DNA of 64,000 bases from Callorhinchus milii (Eukaryota), in contig NW_024704743.1 of the NCBI RefSeq assembly GCF_018977255.1, forward strand, positions 73,534,001 through 73,598,000, written 5' to 3'. The notes under the pieces were generated by a model, which was given only the letters and a program-made list of their open reading frames with translations, did no database searches and was not told the DNA's origin. Positions 1 through 13,395 of the stretch are shown piece by piece. Position 1 is the first letter of the stretch. Each line of letters begins with the position of its first letter. The translations under genes and the position numbers were made by a program.

Positions 1-292
1 CGCCCGACCCGCCCTACCATCGGTGGCCGGGCTTTCAGCCTCTCTGCCCCCACACTCTGGAACTCCATCCAACGGTCCCTTCACCTCGCTTTCTCCCTTC
101 CCTCCCTCAAGGCTGGTTTCAAGACCCTTCTCTTCGACCGTGCCTTTGGTCTCCCTCCCATCTCTCTGCCTTCCCTCACCCCTACAACACCCCTCCCCCA
201 TGCTCGGGCCCCAACATCTGACTGTCCAGCGCTTTGGGACGTCCTCCCGACGTGAAAGGCACTCTGTAAATATAACTTTATTGTTGTTGTTG
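1..292 (+). mobile_element. L2 LINE 3' end
   Basis: Encodes remnant [17 protein letters not shown]...LKT.LF, followed by the terminal stem-loop gcgctttgggacgtcctcccgacgtgaaagg and a (TTG)n tail. Confidence 0.85.
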
Positions 293-364
293 TCCATGAA
301 AACATTTCTTCTAATCTCCCCATTTGCTTGTTTCGCTATCTTAGAGTGTACTGACCATGTATTT

Positions 365-755
365 TGTAAAAGAACGCAACAGCCGATTTCCACATAGCAA
401 TATCCCACAAACAGCAGTGAAGAGAATGACCAATTTTTAATGCAGGATTGTTGACCAGCTCAACAGAGACTGAGGTACGACAGTTGACAGATGGCAGGTT
501 AACGAAAATGGTAAGAAGCTTTCCTTCTCTTTTCAAATAGTGCAACAATATCTTTCATATCCACCTGAACAGGCAGACAGAACTATGGTGTATCATCTCA
601 TCTGAAGGACAGCACCTCCAACAATGCAGCACATCCTCAGGACTTCAATGCAGTGTCAGTCTAAACTGTGTGGGTTCAAGTAACAATGTGGGTTTGAACA
701 CATAGCCTTCTGGTTCAAAGGTGAGAGTGTGCAACCAACTGAGCCAGGCTGACAT
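365..755 (-). mobile_element. Ancient long tRNA-Deu SINE (SacSINE1-like), decayed
   Basis: Minus strand starts tgtcagcctggctcagttgg..cactctc (tRNA-like A box) and continues into a Deu-domain-like body; many similar copies in the window. Confidence 0.7.
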
Positions 756-3700
756 CACCAGCCTATTTTGATTTATCCTTCCAGAATACAACAACAAATT
801 ACATTCGTATAACGCCTTTCACCCATTCTACTGTCTTACTATCACAGTATCAAGCTGCTTTTTAAATGAATCCCATGGCCTGGCTTTATCTACTCCTTCT
901 GGCAACCAGAGGTCAATTACCCTCTGAATAAAGAAAACCTTCCTGGTGTCAGCGATTAAAAATGTTTTTAAAAATTCCCTCTATAACATCTGATATATAT
1001 CTAATGTCCCTTGTTAGATTTTTGAATTGCTGATAATTTCCACAACTTACTCCAAAGTTTATTTTTGTTTACCGACTCCTACTTTTAATGACATTGCCTG
1101 TTGCAGTTTGTTACCATTGTCCCCATTAAGGACTAGTTCCTATCCACTCATGTGTCAACTGCTGTGCCTTAGTCTCTGCATGACATTAATTGCAGAGGGG
1201 ATCTTGAGTGACTTATAAGGAGAAAGGTTCTCATCAAGATGTTAACTGTATCTTTAAGTGGAGATGGAGCTTAAAGATGTGCTGATTTATTTATGTGATG
1301 CCAATTACTTTCTGCTTGTTTTGTATACTTGCATATTCCCTTATTAAAACATGTAGATGTATTGCCTACTTTTCATCATTAAAAAAATATAATTTAAATC
1401 TGAATTTAAAAGATCTCACGACTATCGCTTGCAGATTTGTCAGTGCTAATTTTAAGAATGGAGGAGGTCAACTTAGAATCTTTTGAGAGACAGCGCTTTC
1501 TGTCATTCGCATTCAAACCTAACGAAAAGGGACCAAATATTGTAGGATTTCCTGGAAGCAGTAATAGGCTCAGAGCTATTTTATTCTATTGGAAGAAACA
1601 TAGAGTACAACAACAACAAATGACATTTATATAGCACCCTTCACGCAGGGCAGAGTCTTGGAGCAATTATCAGTGGCGGAGCCTGTCACAGAGCTGGGGG
1701 GAGGAAGGAGGTGACCGTAAGCTGCAGCATCCTACTATTGAGGTGACAAGATCTGACAGTGTGTTTCCTAGGATTATGTTGCAGAATACTTCAATGCCTA
1801 TGAGAAGGTGGGCTCAAAGCAGTTCAACAGAATGAAAGGAAGATAGGTATTGCCTGATGCATTGATCTCCCAAATTAATGTAACTGTTAAATGACTCTCC
1901 CTTCATTTAGTGCACACTGCACACAAATCTGCTCCAGTACTGTACACAAAGTACATATACCAATAAATAATCCTTACATTTGGTATTAGTATCAAGAGGA
2001 TGTCCCAAAGCGCTTCACAGAATATACTATAAAATGGAGTATCTGTGTGTGTTTTTGGCAGCTAATTTGCACACAGCAATCACAAATTGACTGTTGTTAT
2101 AGAGATGCACTGTAATTATTTCACAATATTATCTTCTAAAAATTATTGTAGATAGAGTGTGATTTTTGAGGATTTGATTTTGTATAACCATGTATATCAC
2201 ACTGCACTTACACTAAGCACGTGTCTACAGTTGGTGTATGAAAGGCAACCTCAGGATATGAATTCAGTGCCAAGGATACAGTATAACTGCATTAATATGG
2301 GTTCTGGAGGAGAATAATCTATACTGTGTAGTGAAGTGAGTGGAATAATCTACACTGTCTAGCAGACTAACTCTCAGTAGGGAACATAATATTACAATAT
2401 CATAATAGCATTTGACTCAGTGCCTTAACACATTGTCTTACTGTCCAAAGTGCTTCACAGGACTTCACTGTAAAGTGTAGTGACAGTATTTGTATTTGGT
2501 TCGGATGAAGAGAGTTCTTTGGCCATTTGACCTCATCTTTCCAGAATACCCACTGTTCCATCCTCCCATGACAGCATCACTCTCGATTATATTTTTTGTT
2601 CCCACACAGAGACAGTAGCAGGTCTTTACAGCAAGTTTGAAGCCTTGCAGCAATATCATTGAGCTGTCCTGGGTTGGGTTATGCTAATACAGGCTGTTCT
2701 GGTTAAATTGCCATATTGATATTGGCTTGAAGTCTAGCGGTCATTTTCATTGTGAAATTGTTCATTTTTAAGTTGGCATGACACCTTCCCTAAGAGGAAT
2801 GCATTTTCATACCTCTGTGGGGTTGGATTCTATCAATCAGGGATGCTTATTGTATCAACTTTCTGCCTAATGGCTTTGAATTTCAGAGCCACTTTAGCAC
2901 AAACCTGGCTGAACACAATACATATTTTTCACACCTAAGGAAGCAGTATTGAATCATAACTACATTTGAAATATAAATGGGACATAAGAGCATTTGCATA
3001 TAACCTTCTTCAGCCCTGCATCTAACACTCCAAATTGCTGAGATGAGGAGCTCTTGCAGTTACTGTACTTGTAGATTTAAGAAGCTAGAATCGAGGTCAA
3101 CAAGCATTTCTCTGTCCGAGAAAGCTGTACAATAAGGATATTTAAAAGCAAGATGCACAAATACTGGGGTACTAGAGTAGTAGAGGTTTTAAGGGGTATG
3201 GTGAAAGGGCAAAGTATTGGGATTAAAGATATGACAAGATCTAGTAAACTGTTGGAACAAATCCAATGGTAACAATCCTTGCATTTGATCCAGTGTCTTA
3301 CCACATTGTCAAGATGTCTCAAAACTCTTGATAGGATTTACTGAGACTTTTTTTTGGCAAATGTGGCAGCTAATTTGTGCACATTAATGTTTTACAAACA
3401 GTCGAGAAGTGAATAACCATTTTTTATCAGAAGGATTGTTGGCCACAACCTTTGGAGAAACTTCCTTCTCTTATCAAGTAGTGCAATGAGATGTTTCTCA
3501 ACAGACAGAAAAAACTTCAGTTTAACATCAACTCCCAGGGATAATAACGACAACAACAATAAATGACATTTGTATAGTGCCTTTCACGCCAGGAGGATGT
3601 CCCAAGGCCTCTGAATACCCCTGAAAATGGGTTGGTGCTTGAAATTCAAGGTGGCTCAGTAAAATGATTCCAATATAACAACAACAACTTGCATTTATAT

Positions 3701-5351
3701 AGCGCCCTTCGTGCCGGACGGAGTTTTGGAGCTCTTATAATTAAGCAGGTGCCATTATTTATTACTGTAATAATCTCTTTGTTCAATACCAGACTGACTA
3801 ACTAGCCATATTAAAAGAGATTTACTTTTATTAGCATATGAAAGCTGCAAACAAGAACTCAAACAACTCATAGGGTTAGAGTTGTCAAAAGGGAACTTTC
3901 ATTCGGTCTGCGCCATTTGTCTTACATTCCAAGGTCAGTGCTCCAAATTGGATGATTTGGGAATGCTAAATAGAAATTCCAAAGCACCAAACACTGAGCT
4001 CTAACACAGCATCAGCCTTGAGAGCTACCGCAAAGCAAATGTCTGATTTAAGTGCATTAGTGACCAAAAAAAGCAATATATTTCACCTGGAGAGTTCTAA
4101 ATTATGTTGGTTGATGATTTGTATCAATGAGTCAGTGCAGTTAAGAAAGAATGAAATATAGTCCAATTCAACCGTATTGAGTGGATGGGTTTAAAGCTAT
4201 TTAAAGAACTTGCTCAGAGTTTCTCAAGAAATACAACTTTAATCATGAGAATAACAATGCTTTTATGAAGTCAGCAAACTGTGAGTATTCCGTGTAAAAT
4301 GCAATCTTTCAGCAAGGATTTACCACTGGCCTTCTTAGTAAACAGGACCAATTGCGAAAGTTGATTATATGACATTTTTGCTTGTGAAATGGTTGTAGAG
4401 CTGACTATTATAATTTATCATTGCATGCCTAAGTGAAATTTGATGCTTTGCCTTTGGAATTTTTTGCAGAAAGCTCGCCAATGCAAGTAATTTGCAATGC
4501 AATGCAGGCAAAATACTTATAGCAGCCTGCATAAACAAACTTAACCTCCGTCGCCTGGAGTAGATTTACCTCAGAGCCCTTTATGATCTTTGTAAATCCC
4601 AGTAATGATGACCTTGGAGACATTATTGCCATTTCCAAATTCATGAATTTTAAGAAATCCCCATATCAAATGTTACCTTTGAAGCATTGCCCATTCCTGC
4701 TCACAAACAACTCTGGACATTGAAGTTGAATGATGGATGCATAGAGGAGACTGCGAGAGACCAATTAAAGGAACATTTAATACAGGTTAAAATTATTAGA
4801 TACTGCTCAGATGACAGGAACAGCGCTTTCAGTTCTTGATAATTTATCTTTGGACAATAAAACAGACAATGTTCATTTAGTTTGAAACATGTATTTCTGA
4901 CTCATTACAGAGAATCTGACTCTTGATTAATTCAATTCTTTGGGGAAATGGGCTCAGTGCAGGCGGCAGAGATGTCTTCGCCTCCAGCCCACCCACTGAT
5001 TGACAGCTTTATATTGGCAAAACTACTCCACCACTCATAAATGATTGAGAGCATCACAGCGAAATAAAACACTGGCTCTTGTCATTTACAGGAACAAAAG
5101 CAAAATTCTAAACAAAGCTGCACTGAAAACGTTTCTTTATTCTCTCACAAATTATCTTTTTTTGATGCTTTGCAAAGAGGGACATTATTACTACTATTAA
5201 GAACATCACAAATATAATATTATTATTGTTATTTGAATACTACTATAAACAGGAAGACAGGTCCTCAGCACCAGCTTTGTGTTTCCTCATTGATTATCCT
5301 GAACAATCCTTTGATACAGTTCTTCTTGAGAAGCTGGCACTGACAGTAAAA

Positions 5352-6476
5352 AAAAAGCAGGAATCAGTGGAGGTATATTACAATGGATATGCAATTAGTT
5401 GACCGGAAGAACCCAGAGGGTGGTGGTACAGGGAAAGTCGTCAGACTGGGAAAATGTTACCAGTGAAGTTCCACAAGGGTCGTTTAGGGACCTCTTTTGT
5501 TCAATATTTTTATAAGTGATCTGGAACTAGGAGTTGCAAGCACAATGGCTAAGTTTGCAGATGACACCAAGCTAGTGAAGATGGTAGATTGCAAAGCTGA
5601 ACAAGATAGGTTACAGGAGGATTTGAACATACTTAGGAATTGGGCAGATCGGTGGCAGATGAAATTCAATATGGAGAAATGTAAAATACTTCACATGAGG
5701 ACAAAACATCTTAGAAGGGACTATTATTTGAACAGAAGGAAAATAATATGTATGGAAAATGAAAAGGACCTGGGGTTCCTGATTGACAATAAATTGAAGC
5801 TCTCTCAACAATGCTCTGTGGCAGTGAGTAAAGCAAACCAGATGTTGGGATGTATCAAAAGATCAATAGCAAACCGAAATAGTGGGGTAATCCTGTCACT
5901 GTATAAATTATTGGTGAGACCATACTTAGAGTACTATGTATAGTTCTAGTTGCCGCAGTACAAAAAGGATATTGGAGAACTCGAGAAGATACAGAGGAGG
6001 GCAACCAAAATGATTGAGGGAATGGAGGGACTGGACTATGAGGAGCAACTAAGTAATCTGGGCATGTTCACGCTGGAAAAGAGAAGATTGAGAAGAGATA
6101 TGATTGCTGTCTTTAAGATTCTAAATGGGTAAGACAATATAGATCATGATGGGCTGTTTCAACTTGTCCAGAATAGTAAAAGCAGAGGACATGGCCTGTG
6201 ATTGAAGGGGGGTAAATTCAGAACGAATCTACATAAACATTATTTCAGTGAGCAATTAATGAACCTGTGGAACAAGCTCCCGAGAGAGACGGTTGAAGCA
6301 GGAAGTGTTGATTCTTTCAAACACAGATTAGATGGTTTTCTTTTAGGAAATAGCATTACGGGATACAGTACATAGGTATTTTGGGACATATGTGCATGCA
6401 ACCGCCAAGAAGGTGGAAGGCGAACTAGATGGACCTTGGTCTTTTTTCGTCTAGTATTTCTTATGTTCTTATGTTA
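5352..6476 (+). mobile_element. 5'-truncated CR1/L3 LINE: RT C-terminal half with stops and a frameshift, plus 3' UTR
   Basis: Motifs VPQGS.LGPLLFNIFISDL, KFADDTK, WQMKFN..KCK, LVRPYLEY and LEKRRLR.D; ends in a (TTCTTATG)2 tail. Confidence 0.92.
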
Positions 6477-7799
6477 ATGTCCACACACATGGAATCAAAT
6501 GCAGGAATCCTTCCACACAGATCCTGTCCTTCAAAAAAATGGCTTATGATATTCAAATTCCATCAAAGGATAAATGTAAAGTCCTCTGTTTTGTTCTGGG
6601 GTGTACACGTGTGTGTGAAACACTTTGAAAATTAATTTAACAAGAACACTGTTTCAGAAAAAATTCTTTACATTTGCTATGATGTACTTCATTGAAGAAA
6701 TTGTCAAAGATACAATGATAATCTTTGCATTTGATCCTGCGCTCTGAGACACTATCTTGCATGAAAAACTCTATAAATCCATGTTGTTTTGTCTCATTGA
6801 GACATTTTAAAGGGTTTCACAGGAATTACTGTAAAGTGTAGTGTAATGTATTTTGCAGGAAAACATAGCAGGCAATTTGTACACAACATTGTCCCATAAA
6901 CATCTATGAAGTGAATGACCAATCTCCTCTTGAAACTCCCTTCTCTTTTTAAATATGAGGCACACCTTTAACCAAGAAAGCATTTGCCTTCAGAAATATA
7001 AAGATATCAATAGGGAAATTTAAAAAATGGCAAACCGCAAACTTCACAAATTAAATTTGCTTTGTGCAACTCCATTTATAAATGTATCTCTCTGAAAACA
7101 AATGGAGAGATTAAAAATTAGGACATTAGCAGATCCATTAAGATTTGTACTTTTCTCAGATTTCTTATGGTATCAAATTATCGCATGGATTCATCAGTGG
7201 CTGTACTACTGGTCTAGAGGTCAATGTAACCTCAATTAAGTGATGCTGTTCATGTAGTGGAAATAAAGCCTCTTTTATGAGCATGTACTGGAGCCCATTC
7301 CTTTATTGCGTCTAAGAGAGAATTGGTGTTCCTAATTAATATAAAACACATGTAAGTAATAGTAAAATACTGCCACTCAATTGGGTGGTCACGGGGCATT
7401 AAAGTCTCATGTACTAACATAATTCTCATTTGTCATTTGAGTTTTTTTAAAAAAATGTTTCCACATATACATCTTTAATAAAGTAATGTTAGTATTCTTT
7501 CCTCAGTTTTTTCTTTACACTGTACCCATGAAGGCAATTATTCATGTTTAGGGACAGTCATTGCTCTTGCCAACTATAAAGTTTGGTAGAATATTCACTT
7601 GATGTGACATGGTGTCCTGTTTGCCTTTTGTTTTATTGCTACCTCACAAAGAATAATGTTTTGTTTACTAAAAGGACAGTCTTCTGCAAACTGAGAGTGG
7701 AAGGCCAGATTGTCAGCCGGATGTCTAAGGCTGTGAACCTGCCTTTCACTGTTCAGGAACACATTGGAAAAGTAGAGCGACTTTCCCCATGTGGCAGGG

Positions 7800-8350
7800 A
7801 TTTCCAAGGTGACATGCTTGGCAATGGAATGTCACAATCGAGTTGGTCAGTGGCAGTCTTGGTAGTCAGGTTCCTGAGCCTGGTGGGTCTGCAATATTCC
7901 AGGGCACTGCTGATGACAGCACAACCAGCCTGGCTTATCAGCAGGACCTGGAGGGGTAGACCAGTTACTGGGACAGGGATTCTTCTCACCCAGCTCCTGT
8001 TTACCTTGCAAGCCAAATCCGTAACTGGTAGGGTAGTCCTAGCTGGACAAGCAATGGGAAGATTGCCAGACAGCGATGTCAATGGCAAACTATGCGGTTT
8101 CAACTGTTAAGACTCCAGCAGTAGCTCAACACACACTTTGCCAACACCCCCTCCCCCACCCCCAAGACTCTTGTCAACCTGTGCCTAATGATCCCCGGAA
8201 TTAGGTAAGCAGTGTGCTCTTCCAGGAGAGTGAGCAGTCCTTTCCATATGCAGGTAATTTTAATGTGTAGATGGGATGCATAGAATTCTGCCTGGTTTGG
8301 ATGGTCGTGGTGAGGGGTTTCTGTATGTGTCAGACACCTGGCTGATTTGC
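7800..8350 (+). repeat. Unclassified ancient dispersed repeat, longest copy
   Basis: Colinear similarity to 35582-36090 and 51950-52115, and to the reverse complement of 23985-24180. Confidence 0.7.
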
Positions 8351-10374
8351 CCCCTCCCCCATAAAAATCAGTAGGGCATTTCCATGTGCAATTTGGAGAT
8401 TTCTTTTTATAGAGAAAGTCTGGTTTAAATCTGGCTTTCATTATATCCATATTTACCACTGAAAATGAGGAAGTGGTCAAATTTGAGACGTTAATTTCAT
8501 CTTTGATATATCCTGATTCTTTATTGTACACAGATCGCACAATGTGTTCCCATTAGATAATATTCTGGGTAATATAGCACACAGAATTATACTCATACTG
8601 ATACTTTCTACAATAGAAGGATTAACCACAACTTCAATACTTGAATATTCAGCTGGAATTTTTTTTCTTAATATTTCTGTGTGAATAATTAAGAGTTTGA
8701 TTAAACTGATGCTTTCAAAACGATTCATCTTTTTACCTCTTCATTGCCTGAGCACCTCAGCTTGGGGCCACTGAGGGAGAAACTGGTAGAGAACACAGGC
8801 AATCTGAACTAGCCAGCGAGCAGTAAGATGGGCTAGTTAAATTTTCTACATCACAAAAAGGGATAAATATTATAAATGATTTAAAATACTGAAATGGAAT
8901 TAAAGAAGGTAATCCAATTGATGGTTTCAAATAGCGCTCATAAACTGAGAGAATGAATGACTTCATCTGAACCCTTTGATTGGATTAGTGCTTTGTAATT
9001 TCTTGCAATGTAGCTATTATACTCTATCTCATGCCTTAGATCTATAATGGGAACAGCAGCATTGGTTCAGGGGACTTTTGTCATTACCAAAAAGTGCCTG
9101 GTGAATATTATTTTGCCCAAATTTTTTCATGTGAGACAACACCATTTAAACAACCTTTGAGCGAACATGATCACCAATTTGCATGCAGCAATGTTTCAGG
9201 AGGTGAATTACAACACAGTGGGCAGTACAGATCAGCATGAGATGAGTGAGAGCATTGCCATCGTCTTCCTGTCCGCAGCTCAGACACGTCCATTCCCATT
9301 AACCAACGGTTGTTGTTTTCTCAGCAATTTCAAAACGGTATCACACAATTAAAGAATATAATTATTTCATTGTAAATGTCAATGAGCTAACCAACAACTT
9401 GTTATTTCCTACCTAGTTACAGGTTTAAACTGGGCCCATTAGATGAGACTAATGAGCATAAATTACAGGTTTCAGCTATTATTTAATGATAGGGAGCATA
9501 CAGGGGAATATAATCAGATCATTTGTATTCTCAATTTTATTAATTACACAATGATGGAATTAATTTATTTTTGGTGTAAATATTAGTGGAAAGCCACACA
9601 ATTTTGCAACCTATAGTATATATATATTTATTCCACAAAGATAAATACAAAGTTATTACAATTCACAGCAATTTTGCAGGCTGATTTTTAAAAATAATTG
9701 TATTGCTGCAAGCAAAGTGAGATTGACCTTCTTAAATGTTATTATGTTCTACCTCAGCTCATGAATTCCTGCATTAAATTTCCCCAATTCAATGAGAAAT
9801 GCAAACATTTGCTGACGTGGATCACCACAGCGTGAAGATAAAATAAATGGATTTCATTTCTTTATTTGATTCAAAACAGCAACAATAAAAAGTAAAGCCA
9901 ACTGGGGCAGGCTCTGTATGTAAGTGAAGGTTTGGGATTGCGATGCAGTTGTGCAAATAAGATTTCTTTGACAGTGGCCAGAAGGTTTCTTTTGAAACCA
10001 ATCAACTGATGAGAGCTTCATGCTGTGGGCAAGATGAAGAGAGAATGAACTGAGCGCAACTAACTCACCTGTGAGCCATAACTGCTGTCAGCAGCCTGTC
10101 TCTTTAATCACACCAGTATTAAAACGTGGGCCCAGAAACAAAGGAAAGTGGCTGGAAAAGCACTGGGCAATAAGCTGCCTTTTTTAAATTGGGCCGTTTA
10201 CACTGTAGATTTACAAAGTGGTTGTCTCACAGAAAGTGAAAACCAATTGTTGACCGAGCTAATAATAATCTTTGCATTTGATATTGTTTTTCACGTGCGC
10301 ACATCTCAAGCATTTTGCAGGATATGTGTAGTGACTGTGTATTTTGTTGGCAAACTCTGATTTGAGTGTGATTT

Positions 10375-10670
10375 CACAAGATCAGTTTGGATGAAGGAGG
10401 CCTGTCGGCCCATCTGATCTCATCCCTCGAGAATACCCACCCTAATGACGTCCCATCACAGCATCAAGCTGCTTTTTAAATGAGTCAAGTGTCCTGACCT
10501 CAACTACCCTTCCTGGCGATCTGTCCCAGGCTTTATTTGGCCTCTGGGTAAAGACAAACTTCCTGATAACTGTCCTGAAATTGCCCTTTGCAAGTCTAAA
10601 TCTATGTCCTCCGTTCCACTGTCTAGGTGCATCCTAAAGTAAAACTGAGAGATCACTGATTTGAGTATAA
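10375..10670 (-). mobile_element. Decayed CR1 3' end
   Basis: Same architecture (tcacaagatca...gaagg..ccttcggccc...actacccttcctgg) as 15425-15760 and the reverse complement of 59490-59720. Confidence 0.6.
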
Positions 10671-12633
10671 TTTGGTTTAACAGGAAGGTAAACAGCCTGG
10701 GCTTGACACTGACTGCAGTGTAACTGCAACAAAGCATGGCTCTTCTTAAACTTTAAATGCTGGTGAATGGCAAATGTCCTGCTGGCTCTTCAGTGACATT
10801 GATATCATTGGTGACACTGATACAGATGTCACCACTATTTGGACAAGTGAAGCCTAGGTGTATAAACGTGCATAGACTGAGCTCCATTCTCACTGAGCAC
10901 AAAGATGTGCTGGTAATAAAATCTGGCACTGGCAAACTGGGGGAGCTTTTTATAATTTCTGTCTTGTTAGATAGATGTAGACTGGGATCAGGAACACAAT
11001 TTTTTAACATAACTTTTTGCAGATAATCACAGCGTTAAAAATATAAGATTAAGCAAAAGTTTGAAAAATTCTTAAACCCAGTCTCAATTTGGAAGCATTT
11101 TTCTGTTGTTCATAAAGACTTAATTTAAATGTTTTCAAAACAATTCTGAACTGTTTTAAATTTTAAGACAATGGTTTTAAGATTAAGAAGAGTTTTTCAA
11201 AACTCAGGAAATTGCTAATACCTTTCACATGCCTGGATCTGACTTTACAGCTGCTTCATGGTATTGTGCAGTTGAAATTACATTGCGTGATATTTAACAA
11301 CTGTTTACAGCGTTTTACTTGTTTGAGCACTTAATGTTGTTCGAAAGTGCTAATTACAAACATTTAGTTTTGTTAATCAGTTCCTAGGATACACACGTCT
11401 TGTTCCGACAGTGTGAAGTGATTCATGGTGTAATTATTCATGCAGACTCAAGAATTATTTCAGGTACATTTCCCACTAACGGAAGACTGCCTAATCCCAT
11501 TAAGAAGCAAGGAATGGTTACGAGTTAATGACCTAGTTTTATGCAAGGAAACATGGTACAGTTAAAATGCTGACAATTTCGAATTTGCCAAAAATATATT
11601 CATTTGAAAATGATCTTATCAAGGATAAGTGCGCTACAGAAAATGGATTGTAACACTTAAAAAAAAAGTTCAGCTCATGTTACATTTATCTTACAAGGAA
11701 TGCTTGTACGACCACACATCTCTGATTTCCTCAGCATCATTGTTAGGTAAATAAGGGCACTGCTGCCTTCGGAGTTTCCAAGACACACTTGAAAAGGTGG
11801 TTTTCTCAGCACCTCCAGGGTTAGTAATACAGCCACCAGCCTCAGAGGCCTCGGCAACACACAGCAGTAGATAAAACTGAGCCCACTTTCCCTATCGGTA
11901 ATGTGCACGGACCTAACCCCCCACCCAAACATCAAGGAAGATCTATGGCAAGAAATGAAAGCTACAAACTTATCTTTCAAACCTCCACCAGCCACACATG
12001 CAGTCTTGCCACCATTGCCGTGGAATCCACAACGTGAACCTTTTCCACAGAAAAGTTTTGCAGGGCTATGGGTTAAGAGTGGGGATGTGGGAGTAGTTGG
12101 ATAGCTCTTTCAAAGAGCCGGCACAGGCACAGTGGGCCGAATGGCCTCCCTCTGTATTGTATGATTCTATATATAAAGAAAAGGCAGATCAGGTTATTAC
12201 AGGGCTGTGCAGAACATAATTGGCTCTGAAATACAGACATCGATGAGGCAATGTCAGTACATGTTTCTGACTTGCAAGCCAGATTCTTCAGTTCAGCCAT
12301 CCCCGAAGTATTACAATACTGACCAGGTCTCGCTGCCGACCCTGCTTTGGCAATAACAGCAGTGAAAGGTAAATGTCAGTGGCATGTTTGCGAGCATTTC
12401 GATCTTCATAGGAAAAGTCTTTATTTGAAGACCTTATATTCAAAGTGTGAAAAGGGAACTTTATTTTAAATGAGGTCAGGCTCACAGGTGTCGGGACCCA
12501 TCTGCAAATGTTAGTGAGCTGCAGAGTTCAGCTCTGTGGACAATATCATGCACAGACTGTCATTATGGAAACAGCTGCAGCTGGCACTCAGCTCCCCCCT
12601 TTCTGCTGCCTCCTCAAAAGGATGAGACAACTT

Positions 12634-12639
12634 TTTATT
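12634..12639 (-). promoter_or_regulatory. Candidate polyadenylation signal AATAAA of the Acl4-like gene
   Basis: tttatt on the + strand; first canonical hexamer after the stop codon. Confidence 0.55.
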
Positions 12640-12717
12640 TAAAAAAACTATTCCTTTAATATTTTTGATGGAAGAGCTCCCGCTGCCTTACAGAAATGTT
12701 CCTGTCAAAAAAAAAAA

Positions 12718-12891
12718 TCACTGTTCCATTTCCTCCTCGTCACTGCTTTCCACAAAGTCATCCTGGATATCCTCAGTGGGAGGCTGCTCATCGTCTGAAG
12801 GCTCTGAGCCCTCAGCACCTCCCAGGTCTGCCAGGAGCTGCTCCGTGTGATCCAGCAGTGGGGAGTCATCACACTTGAGCTTTGTGTAAAG
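12718..12891 (-). CDS. acl4: Terminal coding exon of the Acl4-like gene: LYTKLKCDDSPLLDHTEQLLADLGGAEGSEPSDDEQPPTEDIQDDFVESSDEEEMEQ*
   Basis: Strong acceptor ttctcttgtgttttgcag|CTTTAC, then 57 codons and TGA. Acidic tail, with AATAAA about 80 nt downstream. Confidence 0.9.
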   Translation of the reverse strand, partial: LYTKLKCDDSPLLDHTEQLLADLGGAEGSEPSDDEQPPTEDIQDDFVESSDEEEMEQ

Positions 12892-13038
12892 CTGCAAAAC
12901 ACAAGAGAATAGGTAAGGTTTAACACAACTCGTAATTCACTTTGCCAGACGATATGCTGTTCGGAAAGCACCACAAGCTGAATTGTCTCCTCTGGTGTTC
13001 AAAAAACAAATCTTCCTCAACTCCAGTAATGTGTCAGT

Positions 13039-13395
13039 TGTCAAACTGGCTCAGTTGGTAGCACTCTCTTCTTCAAGGCAGAAGGTTGTGGGTTTGAGCC
13101 CACATTAGGACTTTGAACTCAAATAGTCTGACGGTCCAGCGCAATCCCAGGGTGCCATCCTTTGGGTGAGCCATTAAACTAAGGTCCCATCTGCTTGTTC
13201 GGGTGGATGCTAAAGATCCCATGCCACTATTCCAAAAGAGAAGGGGGTTTCGCCCAGTGTCTTGTCCAACAATCTCCCAAAATAAAATTGGTCACTCACT
13301 TCAGGGGCATTAGTGGGACAATGCTGTGTGGAAAATGAGCAGCCATGTTTCACCTACAAAATACCGTCACAGTATATCCTTTATTATTATTACTA
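13039..13395 (+). mobile_element. Ancient long tRNA-Deu SINE
   Basis: Head tggctcagttggtagcactctc...ggttgtgggtttgagcccac followed by the Deu-like body. Confidence 0.72.

Noticed and set aside
7583..8728. Cluster of 83-175 aa ORFs on both strands
   Set aside because: They largely overlap the unclassified repeat or AT-rich DNA; no recognisable domain or convincing splice structure.
11690..12040. Possible RTE-type LINE 3' remnant
   Set aside because: Only faint motif resemblance; cannot be supported without a profile search.
12665..12974. ORF-track calls over the terminal exon
   Set aside because: Wrong frame or strand; the supported frame starts at the acceptor at 12891 on the minus strand.
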